Shown: in pieces, positions 1-12,400 of the stretch
Numbering within the stretch: position 1 is the first letter of the stretch
Layout: every line of letters begins with the position of its first letter
Assembly: GCA_002269645.1 (NCBI GenBank)
Contig: NIVC01002432.1
Coordinates: 1-64,000 of the forward strand
DNA from: Macrostomum lignano
Lineage: Eukaryota
Reading direction: 5' to 3'
Length of the DNA stretch: 64,000 bases
Made by a program: the position numbers and the translations under genes
The notes under the pieces: generated by a model
Told to the model about the DNA's origin: nothing
The model's input: only the letters and a program-made list of their open reading frames with translations
Database searches by the model: none

Positions 1-97
1 AAGTTGTTGCAATTTTTTAAAGCAAGTTGAACTTTAAAGCTAACGTTTTGTCTCAGGGTTCTCGTCCGAAACCATAGAAGTTCTTTAGAAAGTCCAG

Positions 98-730
98 CTC
101 CTTACAGTCCAGCTCCTTACAGTCCAGCTCCTTACAGTCCAGCTCCTTCACAGTCCAGCTCCTTCACAGTCCAGCTCCTTACAGTCCAGCTCCTTACAGT
201 CCAGCTCCTTACAGTCCAGCTCCTAACAGTCCAGCTCCATTACAGTCCAGCTCCTTACAGTCCAGCTCCTTTACAGTCCAGCTCCTTACAGTCCAGCTCT
301 CTTTACAGTCCAGCTCCTTACAGTCCAGCTCCTTACAGTCCAGCTTCTTACAGTCCAGCTTTTTGACAGTCCAGCTCCTCATTAGTGACAGTCCAGCTCC
401 TCATTATTGACAGTCCAGCTCCTCATTATTGACAGTCCAGCTCCTCATTATTGACAGTCCAGCTCCTCATTATTGACAGTCCAGCTCCTCATTATTGACA
501 GTCCAGCTCCTCATTATTGACAGTCCAGCTCCTCATTATTGACAGTCCAGCTCCTCATTATTGACAGTCCAGCTCCTCATTATTGACAGTCCAGCTCCTC
601 ATTTTGACAGTCCAGCTCCTCATTATTGACAGTCCAGCTCCTCATTATTGACAGTCCAGCTCCTCATTATTGACAGTCCAGCTCCTCATTATGACAGTCC
701 AGCTCCTCATTATTGACAGTCCAGCTCCTG
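98..730. repeat. Minisatellite: 15-bp unit ACAGTCCAGCTCCTT switching to a 22-bp unit GACAGTCCAGCTCCTCATTATT
   Basis: Tandem copies read directly; the shared core ACAGTCCAGCTCC changes unit length near 380. Confidence 0.95.
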
Positions 731-1553
731 ACAGCTCCCTAGGAACCGCTCAATAACTTTCCTTACATGGCACATGCGCATCGAGAAGGAACCTTGTTAG
801 GCGATTAATGGAAGTGTCATATAACCTGTTGCCATGTTAACCATGGGTATTGCCTGGCTATAAGTGATAAGTGATAAATCTGCTATTATATATCCTTCGG
901 AACCTGTCAGCCGTTTTATGATCTGATCACTTATGGCTCCTCGTAAGTGTCACATCGACAACAGAATTTACCATTGGACTATTGGACTCTATTAGACTAT
1001 TAAGCTTTAATCACCACACTAAGTGACAGTTGGAAAGGACTAAGGTTTAAAGCTGGATTTGTAAAAAATTGTATTTTGTATTTTAAGAGCTGCTAAATAC
1101 GACCTAAAACAACTTTATGATCGTTGCATCTGCAGCGAGGAAGGTATAAAATCCAACGTTTTTAGCGTAACCTGAAAGCATTTCTTTAATTGCAAAATAT
1201 TTTTTTATAAAAATTGCAAGCGATGGTGAAATGGAGAGCATGCTGCGCCTACCTTTCAGACGAGAGAATTTGTTTCTAAAAATAGCACCCACGGATCACC
1301 TTACTGTACATTGTTGTACGCGCTTTCGCAAGAATTTCCCCATCAATATATTCTACTGACTCAGTACAGTGTTATGATAATGAATGAATTTTTCTGATTA
1401 CTGTAATAATTATTTCGACTATTTAGCGCAAGATGCAAATGCATGGAATTGGTATATAATCAAGCACTCTTTGCCATGCAGCCAGCTGGATAATTAAAGC
1501 TCGACAGTTTCTCAGTAATTTGCCTCTAGATTTCTCATGCGCGGAATAAGCCA

Positions 1554-2378
1554 ATGGCATCTAGTCGGCGTTCAAAGGCTGTGCATTCTGAAATAAAAAT
1601 GGAGACGGCTGCCGACTCCGCTGACGAAGGGCTTCGATACGATAATGTGCGCTGCTCTGAGCTGCGCGTCAAAGGCTTCGTGCTGATTGGTGGCAGGCCG
1701 TGCAAAATTGTGGAGATGAGCAGCTCCAAAACTGGTAAGCCTAGAAGAAAGGACTTTTAAGATGTTCAAGTGTAGCACGTACGTGTTTCTATATGCTCGT
1801 AGAATTTAAAAAATGTACATGCACAAGGAAGGAGTCTAAGACAGTAGGTAGTGCTGTACCTGCATACATGTATGGCTCTTATGAAATAAAGGGTTACAGT
1901 TACATATAACATTGCGTGAAATCATACAATTCCTAAATTTATGTGTAGACAATTATTAAATTTTCATAACCCAAACGCGTATGTTATATATGTATACATA
2001 TAAATTTCAGGAAAGCATGGTAGCTGCAAAATTCATCTAGTAGCAATTGACGTGTTCACTGGGAAGAAGCGCGTCACGGCGTATACCAGTAGTGACGTTG
2101 TTCAGGTGCCATTGGTTGAGAAGCGCGAATGCCAGTTCGTGAGGATTGTCATGAACAATGACGATGATTCCCGAGACCCGGGACAGCTTCTGGTCGCCGA
2201 AAAGTCTGGTTCAACAGCCACCGTGGGTTTGTGCCCAGATAAAGCGGCCCAGCTTCTTGAAGCTACTCGTCACTGCATTCGGGACGACAACGAGTACCCT
2301 GTAATCGTCACTGTCATGTCTGCAATGGGCGAGGAAGCTGCTGTTGCCGTACGAAGGGCTAGGGAACGCGGAAAATAG
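1554..2378 (+). CDS. eIF5A: Eukaryotic translation initiation factor 5A-like (divergent paralog), 182 aa
   Basis: Exons 1554-1734 and 2011-2378; GT-AG intron 1735-2010 in phase 1. Splicing restores [34 protein letters not shown] (hypusine-loop region); C-terminal VTVMSAMGEEAAVAV matches eIF5A. Confidence 0.92.
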
Positions 2379-3149
2379 TCCCGATCCCCAAAATCGGATC
2401 GATTCGATTATGAGAACATAATCGAGTGAAAAAATTTTTTTTTTTGAAAGGTATAATTACTGTATTCTACTGTTTTTTTATCCAACGTGTAACACCCATC
2501 TCGTAAACCAACTGAAAAATTCATTGTATCAAGGAATTGTATACGAGGCACACCTTCCTATATACTAAAAATGAAAATATATACTAAAAATAAACCTTTA
2601 TACCGAATGTCTGAAAATACATTGCAGTGTAGTTACCCACCCCAATCACCCAGCGATAAGAAAAGAATATCACCGAAATAGCTTGTATACACCAAATGCA
2701 GCACAACTACTACCCAATAAAAAAATCGTTGTTATCGTAAGCGTCATCTTTTGGAGAAATAAAAGCGCAAAAATTAAATTCTCTGTTTTGTCTAAGCAAA
2801 AATTATGTTATTTTAAATAAACAAAATATAGTTTCTTAGACCTTTGTTTTGGCCAGATATTAAGGCTGTCTAGCCTGAGCCACTTTATTACTACTATTAA
2901 TACTATACAAGCAATTTGATGTATCCATACGCTCGTATACACATAAGTATTTTTTTAATAAGTAATAACTAAAATGAATAGTGCATATGCATAGTATCCA
3001 TTTGCTTAATTGCTAAAACCATCTCTTTTTACAAATATTTTTAAAGGAATATTATATACACCGAATTGGCCGAAGAGGTTTTTTGCCTGAACCTGAACCA
3101 AATATGTGCTGCACAACCCACCACTGACATTCTATTTAAGTACATGCTG

Positions 3150-3339
3150 CAGTAGCGCAACCAGAAAGTTGTTGACGGGGCGGTTTTTGAATCTAGAGGG
3201 TAAAGATCCAGGGGGGGGGGGGTGCGGCTCTGTATTTTGGCAAAAATTCGCTTGGTCCCCCCTTTCATTTTTTCTGGTCTAGTCCACCTAAAGGGGGGGC
3301 GATTGCCCCTCCCGCCCCCTGCTCCCTGGTGCGCCACTG
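3150..3339. mobile_element. MITE-like element (~190 bp) with imperfect CAGT(A/G)GCGCA terminal inverted repeats
   Basis: Left end CAGTAGCGCAACCAG; right end reverse complement CAGTGGCGCACCAG; internal G- and C-runs; no clean TSD seen. Confidence 0.55.
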
Positions 3340-3759
3340 AGTACTATGTGTGACGATTATCCGGTGGCCTCGAAAGTAATTAACGAAGGCAAGCACGGCA
3401 GAGGCAAATTTTGTAGCGGTAGCACTTGATGATAGTACGACTGATGCGGGCAATGGCCGCAGTCTGTTTATTGTAACCGTATGAGAGGATAGTCAGACTT
3501 GCTATTATCAATTCCGTCTGGGTGGTCAACAGAGATAGGTCAGTCGATGAGCCGGAGGCAATGGTGACGATGTGATGGCGGTGAACGTGTGGCGGCGGTG
3601 CTCGTAGCGAGAGCTCGTACAGGCAGTAGAGGTGGCGTGACTGAGATTTGGCAGAGGCGTGGTTTAAAACCGTGGCGGAGCGAGGCGGAGAGTGAAGGCA
3701 AGCAAACAAGGAGTGAGGAGTGCCGCGGTGGCAAGGCTCAAAGGGGTCTACGGCGGCAG

Positions 3760-4849
3760 GGGCCCGTGCTATAGAATACTCTTAACTCCTAAATCCTTAA
3801 GAGTGTCCTAACTCCTAGCTCCTAGCTGGCTTTTCTGTGCTATAGAATCAAGAGTACATTTTAAGAGCTAGGAGGCTCCTTAAGGACGTTAGGAGACTCC
3901 TGGGTGAATTTAGGAGAACTCATTAAGGTCCGTGGCATGCTATAGAATTAGGAGAGGAAGTCTAGGAGCTAGGAGCTAGGAGCTGGCTTTTAGGAGTGAT
4001 TCTAGGAGCGCGTGTCCTATAGAATGAGAAAATTTCGCTCCTAACTCTTGACTCCTAAGCAAGAGTTCAAGGGCCAATTTTTACTCTTAGACAAGCTAGG
4101 ATTCTAATGTTTTCGGACAGCGAATCGGATTCTGATGAGGAAGGAGTCAATGATAGACGCCGTCGACAATTTAAGGCAAGAATTAATTTTTTTGAAGAAG
4201 ATCCAGCCGAGAGTGCTATTGAAAACTTGAAAACGAGCAGCCAGAACTCTACCCAGAGGTGATCCCGGACATCTTAGAGCCCAACAACGAAGGCGAAATC
4301 GTTGTCAACAACAATGGCCGCCGTGATCAACTAGTTAATACGTTTTGAACACACTCGAGCTCTAAATTACACTCGACACAATTCTTTGATAATTAGACTG
4401 GTGTATTATTTTCTTTTATTGATATTTACAAGTACACATGTACATTTAGACTTTTTACTTTTACTTTTGATACTCTTCTGCATTGCTTGGTCAACGCATA
4501 TAATAAAACGAGTAAATACGCTGGTATAATTTATACCTCTTTGCGTGCAGAGACGGCTCTCACAAATGATATTTTTTGAGCAATTTGCATTTTCACTCCT
4601 GAGATTCAATCCTTAAGGAGCGTAAAGTTAGGATTGTGATATAGCACACAATTCTCTATCATCCTTAAACGATTGCGCAACACTCCTTGAACACACCCCC
4701 ACTACTAGGCTGCACTCCTTGCAAGAACTCCTAGCTCCTAACTCTTAACTCCTGAAATCTATAGCACACAAAATTCAATCACTCCTTATCAAGAGTACTC
4801 TTGAGTCCTAGCTCCTAACTCCTAACTCCTGATTCTATAGTACGGGCCC
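3760..4849 (+). mobile_element. Non-autonomous PIF/Harbinger DNA transposon (internal deletion derivative)
   Basis: 18-bp TIR GGGCCCGTGCTATAGAAT versus ATTCTATAGTACGGGCCC (1 mismatch); 3-bp TSD CAG at 3757-3759 and 4850-4852; subterminal CTATAGAAT and TCCTAG/TAGGAG repeats; transposase-like N-terminal remnant (4107, MFSDSESDSDEEGVNDRRRRQFKARINFF) joined out of frame to a C-terminal remnant (…NNNGRRDQLVNTF*, ends 4348). Confidence 0.85.
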
Positions 4850-5814
4850 CAGGTCCAAGGCGGGTCTAACCCCGAGCGCCCCAGCCATACAGGACTGATA
4901 AGGAGCGGGCTGGGGGTGGGTGCGCGCGGAGAACTTAATTTCAGGCTAACATAATTTATGCGCGGCTTTTCTATTGGCCGGCGAGAAAAACAGAAATTAT
5001 CGATCGCCTACTGTACTTAGGCTTTACAAACGTACGCAAATTGTTTAAAATTCTTTGGGCACTACTTTAAGCAGACGTGAGAGTACGAGACCATTAATTA
5101 ACAATATTATAGATTGGTACCGTATGCTGAAACGGCCCTTGACGGGGCTACTTAAATTGACAACGTCACACTATGTACATTAGTCAATAGGTGGCAAGCT
5201 TACTAAATCCAGTAGCTTACCTTTTAGAATACATGTATTATTTAGTTACTTTAATCACCATGAAATGTTATTGTTAAAATTGGAAATTGCATCATAATGC
5301 CAGTGATGGAATTTAAAAACAGATTTGGCTAGCTAAAGTGGCTATCCACCAAAGATGCCACCAAAGTTAATTGTAGGGGTTAGTTCTACCCTCTAAAATA
5401 AGTCTCACTGCTAAGCCACCAAGCTGTGCTAGGGCTATACTTCTCTCCTTTAATTAAATCCAAAAAACGGCCACCAAAGTTTCTTAGAACCGGTCTGCGT
5501 ATTATTCTTATAGTATATATTTGAGTAATTGTCTCAGTATTGAGTATATGTCTGAGTATCTGTCTGAGTATATATCTGCGCATTTGTTGCCCTTATGGTA
5601 GCCGGCAACCTTCCTATTCTGACTAGCCAGTAAAGGCTGAAGGCTGATTCGAAGCTCGAAACGAGTTGTCTTCTCCTCGCTGAAAATCGCGTCCTTGTAC
5701 TAAAATTTCAGTTCGTTTAAAAAATAATTATTACGAAATTTGAGACACGTGTATTAAAACAAAATGTTTTTCTTAGAAACGCGCAGATTTGAAATTGCAT
5801 AGAAGTTTAGATTT

Positions 5815-5925
5815 TCGATTTAGATTTAGATTAGACGTGTCTCAGATTAGATTAGATATAGACTTCTATGCAATCTAATAGATTAGATTAGATTAGATTT
5901 AGATTTAGATTTAGATTTTTTGCAT
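5815..5925. repeat. TTAGA/TTTAGA microsatellite
   Basis: Direct reading. Confidence 0.8.
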
Positions 5926-6371
5926 AGAATTCAAGTCGTCTTTATAAACTTCTATTTCGAAAATTCTTCCAAATACATAGCTCTATAATATATTGGCCAA
6001 ACAGGCTAATTGCCTGAGCCAAATTCTTACTACTCTTACTACTTTCGCCTAAAGATAACTCTAAGATTGACTAAGAATGCATTCCACAGAAGTTAATTAT
6101 TAAGATCATATAAAAAATGAAAATTTTCATCCATTTTACAATTTATCTATTAGAGTTTTAGTTTTAGAATTAAAATGTTAGATATATAGGATATAGCATA
6201 TAGGATTGGTCCTGACCCTGATTGATCCTGATCATAAATCCAAACAGCCGTTTAAATATTAACCAAAATGAACTTATCTATAGAGTAGAGTGTAGTGCTT
6301 TAACCAAACAATTGCAGTTTGCTGCGTTAAATCTTTTTTTCGTAAAATTATGCAATATTAATGTATTGCAG

Positions 6372-6573
6372 GGGAGTATTAGTATTACAGATTGTCAAGT
6401 GTCACAAAGCTAAAAAAGAAGTTAAAGGTTTACTTTAGCATTGATAATAATGCTGTATCCAGTACAGGATATTTCCGAATTGCTTCTCCGGAAAAACATG
6501 TCGCCATATGAATTCGCCAAGGTGAGCCTCACCAAGATGATCTGTAATTATGCAGGTGCCTAGCAACATGTAG
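6372..6573 (+). CDS. Possible terminal exons of an unidentified gene (…DISELLLRKNMSPYEFAK|VPSNM*)
   Basis: Candidate exon 6468-6521 bounded by TACAG and GTGAGC; 34-nt intron 6522-6555; stop 6571-6573; two AATAAA hexamers near 6690-6700. No upstream exons or homolog recognised. Confidence 0.25.
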
Positions 6574-7164
6574 CGGTTGATGATGGGTAGTAGACTCTGT
6601 GCAGTCCGCAGTTTGTAGACTCTGCATAGAGTGATCTGGAATGACTTCCATCATACACCAGTTGGACCCTCGCTCCACCATACTGAAATAAAGCTGAAAT
6701 AAAGGCAAATTTAAACAAAAAATAATTTGACCTAGGAAACTGCATTTTTGCCAATCAATTAATGAATTATATAGGCCTAATTTCTATTCTATATTTTATC
6801 TAGTCATGTCTTAAAGGCGAAAAAATTAATTTAAATGTTTGCAGTGGACTGTTACAATAAAAATCCTTATATATAGACCAAACAAACAGAGTGTAAAATT
6901 CAAAGTTAAAAATTAAGTGTAGGTAGCTTAGTTTAGGCCTATTATTATATATAAATTTTAAAGCCCTTTGGTATTGGCCTTAAAGTTTATAAAATATCAA
7001 AATTAGTATTACTGGTCTATTTCAATTTTCTATATATTAACTATCTTTTGTTTTATATAGGCCTAGACCTACCTTGCATTTTTAATATTTCATTAATTTA
7101 AATCTAGGTTTCTATCAAAAACATATTAAATTAAATTCACTTTATTATTTAGAATTAAGATTTA

Positions 7165-7792
7165 AGAAGGTGAGCACTATCATTTTTATGCGACATGTTT
7201 CGCCTTGCGTCAGGCATCATCAGGCTATTGAAATTAGTAACAATTTATTTGTTCATTTATATTTAACAATTAAGACTATAAACAGGTTGATAAAAGTCAT
7301 AAATGTATATAAATAATAGTAGATTATACAGTCCAACGGAGTGCTCATAGAGTTGCAATGAGAGGAGAGAGAAAGAGAGTGAGATTAGTAGATATACTTA
7401 AATACACTTATACACTTAAAGCACAAGTGTACACCAAGAATACACTAAGGAGAGCATTGGCACTGTGATTGGCAAGTTGCTTATTTAGGATTGGTTTATG
7501 CAATTTTATATATAGGGCCTCAAGCACTTTTAGTCTGTACTCATTTGAGCACATATGGATGATGGAAAAGTTTTTATCTATTTGGCTGTCATAGCATTCT
7601 TTGCATATCATCAGGTGGTTGTGCATGGCCAACATCTTTTGCCTATGTTCTCTACTTCTCACGTACAGGTGTCGGGTAGCTTCACCTATGTAGGTGATAC
7701 TTTGGTCGCCAGAGCATTGAAATTGGTAATTGGACGATGCCTGATGCAAGGCAAAACGTGTCGCCTAAAAAATGATAGCACTCATCTTCTTA
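7165..7792 (-). mobile_element. Penelope-like retroelement remnant (GIY-YIG endonuclease end with inverted pseudo-LTR copy)
   Basis: ORF 7408-7749(-) contains TYIGEATRHLYVRSREH…LKVLEALYIKLHKPILNKQ, the PLE-type GIY-YIG; 7165-7222 and ~7735-7792 are diverged inverted repeats. Confidence 0.88.
7183..7228 (-). ncRNA. Minimal type I hammerhead ribozyme motif in the Penelope pseudo-LTR
   Basis: Minus-strand RNA AUAGC-CUGAUGA-U-GCCU-GACGCA-AGGC-GAAAC-AU-GUC-GCAUA: intact core, 4-bp stem II, palindromic ACAUGU stem III, weak stem I. Confidence 0.7.
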
Positions 7793-9443
7793 ATTCAACT
7801 TTTTCTCAGACATGCAACTTTATGACAATACTTTAATATTTATAGGATCTGCTTTATATTTATATGTACTTATATATAGCAAATAAAGATTTAATATTTA
7901 ATATGTATTTCATAATATATTTCATAATATATTTTATTAAATATTAAACACTATACATTTAATAATATACTATGCATTTTAATGTATCACTAAAATTAAA
8001 TTTTAATTTTAAGGTAAAGTAAGAAAAGGTAAGAAAAAGTAGCATAATTATAAAGTATAGAATTTAAAACAACAAAGGCCTACTTAAATCTAATCAGTAA
8101 TCTACTAAAGACAATGAAAATTGAAATTTTATCTAAAAAGTAAAAGTATTCTTAATAAGATTAAAATGCTACCATCATTGAGAATGCATAGTAAATTCTA
8201 GCTTAGCCTTAGTATTGACTTTTAAGTGACACAATTTGTACCATGCAATATAGATTTAAGCTAGGTAAAGAAGGATTAAGAAGAATTAAAGGTGAAGATT
8301 AGATGGGTTGAAGCTAGACCCAGTTTTCATTGTTTTTGTTCAAATATTTTTTCAATATCAAAATAGTTGGCTAGGTTATAGACACTAGTCAAAATACACT
8401 GCTCATTGGAGCAAAGGTGACAACTTTTCAATGTTGCTGAGTATATATTAAATAAGCCTGAAGAATGTTATTAGCCAAAAATAATATTAGGCAATTTGTA
8501 ATCATATACTAAATTTTTGATTAAAAACCATTGTCCTAATTGGTCATAATGCTTAATGAATTAAGCTTTATTATTCCACTTTTATTCTCATATAAAGATC
8601 TCCCCTAAACATAATTCTTAATGCTTAAAAGCCATAGTCTAGCTCATGCTAAGTATTTGCTAGAATGTCCCAAATCAAATTTACAAATTTATGAGAATGC
8701 TAAGCAAATATATACCAATACCAATGCCAATATAATGGACCCATAGGGAAGGAGATTGTGTACCAATAGACCACGGGGGGGGGGAGATATTTTGTGCCAA
8801 CAGACTAGGGAGGGGGAGATTGTGCACCTTTCATAAGAAATCATATATGCTATACACACATTGGCATGCCATGTCATGCATATTGTATGACAATTATGCA
8901 TACTGACAACTACATTTTTTTTCATTTGTACACTGAGATTTGGCTTAGTATGGCTTATAGGCCCATGGATTGATTTTCTTCTTGGATTAAATATTTATTA
9001 AGACTTAATCATCTTTTTTCAAGGATAAGGCATTGTAAAAAGGGTAGTTGTATTCAGAAATGGGCGAAGCTGGGTTTGGCAAAAAGTGACAAAAGTTGGG
9101 CTTGGGATAAGAAAGAACAAGCAAGGGGATAATTGAAAATATTATGTCAACTTGAGCTAATAAGGTGGAGTCCCTAATTATTATTAAGGTAGAGCCAAAC
9201 CCAGCTTCCTGGTGGCACTGTGAACAGAATGGACGTATTATTTGTGTACATAGGTTACTCGGGCTCCACTTTATGAGCTTAAGTTGACAGGCCCTTTCTA
9301 GCTCCTATTCTTGAAAACTCTTATTTGACCTAAAATCATTCTAACATGTATTGCAGGTAGAAGCGCAGTAAGTTTTATTTGTTCAATTCTACTCATTCAA
9401 TAGCTATCAAAGCTTGCAAATTTCAAGTGCCCCCCTAGCAACA

Positions 9444-12400
9444 ATGGATGGCGAGGACTATCCGCAGTGCAGTCTGGAGTCTGGCTCTGGCAGCTCTGGT
9501 GCTGCGGCCGCCGCTGCTGCCGCTGCTGCCGCTGCCGCCGCGGCCGCTGTCGCTGCCAGCAGTCACGGTGGCGGCGCGGCTCCAGCGGTGTTCCAGCAGC
9601 ACAAGGAGCACCTAGCCGAGACATTCGCCGCTATGTACGCCTTGTACGAGTCTGGCCAGCTCAGCGACGTTGCTCTGCTAGTTGAGGGCGAGCGCCTGCC
9701 CTGTCACAAGATTGTGCTGGCGTCCGCTTCGCCCTACTTCCGAGCCATGTTCACTGGTGGACTACGCGAAGCTGCAATGTCTGAGGTGAGGAGCACTGGA
9801 GTTGTTGAAATTGTGCATCTTCTTGGGAAACTTCAAGTTCAGAGGGACATTGTGGGTAGCAACACCCATCTATGAATAAAATCTATTGTATAGATTCCTT
9901 AATGGCATCTGAATAGTCTTGACTGAAATCACCTACCAACTAACACTGTATGTGACCTTGTGGTTTCCCTAATGACAAAAAGTCCTAACGATCACAATCC
10001 ATCAAGCTGTACATTCCCCGATCACAAACAATCAAGCTGTACATTCCCCGATCACAATCCATCAAGCTGTACATTCCCCGATCACAATCCATCAAGCTGT
10101 ACATTCCCCGATCACAATCCATCAAGCTGCACATGATATCAATTCAACACCTCAAATAACCAGGCAATGTGTACATCTAAGTCAATGCCGCACACTGAAA
10201 CATTCCAGGTCCGATTGCACGGCGTCAAAGCTTCAGTTCTGCGCCAGCTTCTTAGCTTCATCTACACTGGCGAAGTTCGCCTGACCCCATCAAACGTTTG
10301 CGACTTGCTGCCGGCCGCTACAATGCTGCAGTTGGCCTGCGTGACCAGGGCCTGCTGCCAGTACCTGCTGGCCCAGCTGCACCCCACCAATTGCCTGGGC
10401 ATTCACCAGTTCGCCGTCACCCACGGCGCCTCCGAGTTGGCGCGCGATGCCGACAAATTTATTGAGAGACACTTCTGCGAGCTGGCCGGGCACGAGGAGT
10501 TCCTTGAGCTGTCCGATCGGTCGCTGGCACGAATTCTCGCCTGCGATCGGCTGCACGTGCGGACTGAGGCGGACGTGTTTAGCGCCCTGGTGCGCTGGGT
10601 GCATCATAACAGGCCTGCCAGGTGCGCGGGTTTAGCTATGGCTTCCGGGAGGAGGGGGGGGGTCAAACGCGTCTGGCTCTTGCACCACGACCCATCCCGA
10701 TCCCGATGAAAACGGTACATAGGCCAAGAAGCGCCCCAGAGTCGCTTGCGTCGCCCCAGAGTCGCTCGCGTCGCCCCAGAGTCTCTTGCGTCGCAGATGA
10801 CACAGGTAAACTAGGAAACAAGGGACTCTAAACGATACTAAAACGACGAGATGTCACGGTAAAAGTCTTCAAAGAGTTGACTCTGAAACGATTCTGGGGC
10901 GGTAAAGTCGTATTATTTGAGGCGTGCTAGAATCGCTGTAAAGTTACACAAAGTTACACAATAAACACTCAGTGTAGCCTATTGAACTCTAATTGCACTC
11001 TAACTAGCCTACTTAGTTAGTAAAAAATGAAGCGTTAACACAACGATTCTTGGACGACTCTTTCGCGATTCTACACAAGAGTCACTAGAGAGTTGTTTGC
11101 AACGACTTTTTAGGGATTCTTGTCCCGGTAACTTTTTGAACGGGCATGAGGGCCAACGCCCAAGGCACTGAGAGACAGTGTACATGCATTACCATTAGAA
11201 AGTCAGGACCGCTGTGTACACCCTGTGTGAGCGTGTGTACAGTATTGGCGCTTTAATGTGTGCTCCGGAGTAGAATTGATATATAGCATGCAAGCCCAAT
11301 GTCTAGTGGTTGTGTGTGGTTGGTTAGAGCGTCTGGCTCACAACTTGAAGGTCGGGGGTTCGATTCCTGATCCCACTCGGAACAATTTGTGTCCTTGAGC
11401 AAGGCACTTAACTCCTGCATTGCTTCAGTTCATCCAGCTGTAAAATGAGTGCCAGCATTAGCTGGGGTAATTCAGGGTGTGTGTGGCGACCCCCCAGTGT
11501 CCTTGGACTGAACAGCCGTACGCAGCCTTCAGATGCACCGCGCAATAGCTGCGGCTGAGCTGTCGGTTGCACATCTGTCCATTAGGGCAGGTGTATTCAA
11601 TTATTATTATTATTACTCAATGTCTAAAGTGCTTATTAGCACTATTATACATTCCTACTCTTCTATTCAAGGTCTCGCCATCTAGTTAGTCGCCATTTTC
11701 TCCCCCCCCCTGCAGATCCCCTCTCCTTCCGGACCTGCTCCCTCTCGTGCGCTGCCACGCGCTCTCCCCGGACTTCATCGATCGGCAGTTGCGCAACTGC
11801 GCCCTGCTGCGCGAGCAGCCCCGCGCTCGCGAGATCCTGGCCGCCGCTCACGCCAGCCTGCTGTCGCACCGGCGAGTTGACCCGAACCGGCGCCAGTCGC
11901 CGCTGAACTCGGTAATCTACGCCGCTGGCGGCTATTACCGGTACTCGCTGCGCACATTCGAATGTCTCAGCTTGGACACGATGCGCTGGGAGCGCCTGCC
12001 GGACCTCGCCAATCCCCGCTCAGGCCTGGCCGCCGTGTCAGTTCGCGGCTGCGTCTACCTGATCGGCGGCCGGAACAATCACGAGAGCGGCAACTCGGAC
12101 GCCGCCTGCCTGGAGGTGTTCGATCCGGCCGCTGGCCAGGGCCAATCCCGTTGGCACCGGTGCGCGCCCATGTCCGTGTCGCGCAATCGAGTGGCTGTTG
12201 GCGTTATCGACGATAAAATCTACGCTGTTGGCGGCGCATCCCAGTCGCAGTCGCATTGCAGCGCCGAGAGGTTTGTGATGTCTGTCCGTCTTGTTAGGCT
12301 TGCTTATAGCTTATCACAAATAGGCTCTGACAGCTTCCACATTTCTGTGAACAGCTCCTAGATCCCTTTGAACAGCTTTCAGATCCATGTGAACAGCTTT

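Noticed and set aside
3341-3759. Minus-strand 109-aa ORF interrupted by the Harbinger element
   Set aside because: Removing the element in silico gives an in-frame stop a few codons upstream and no ATG; no recognisable homology
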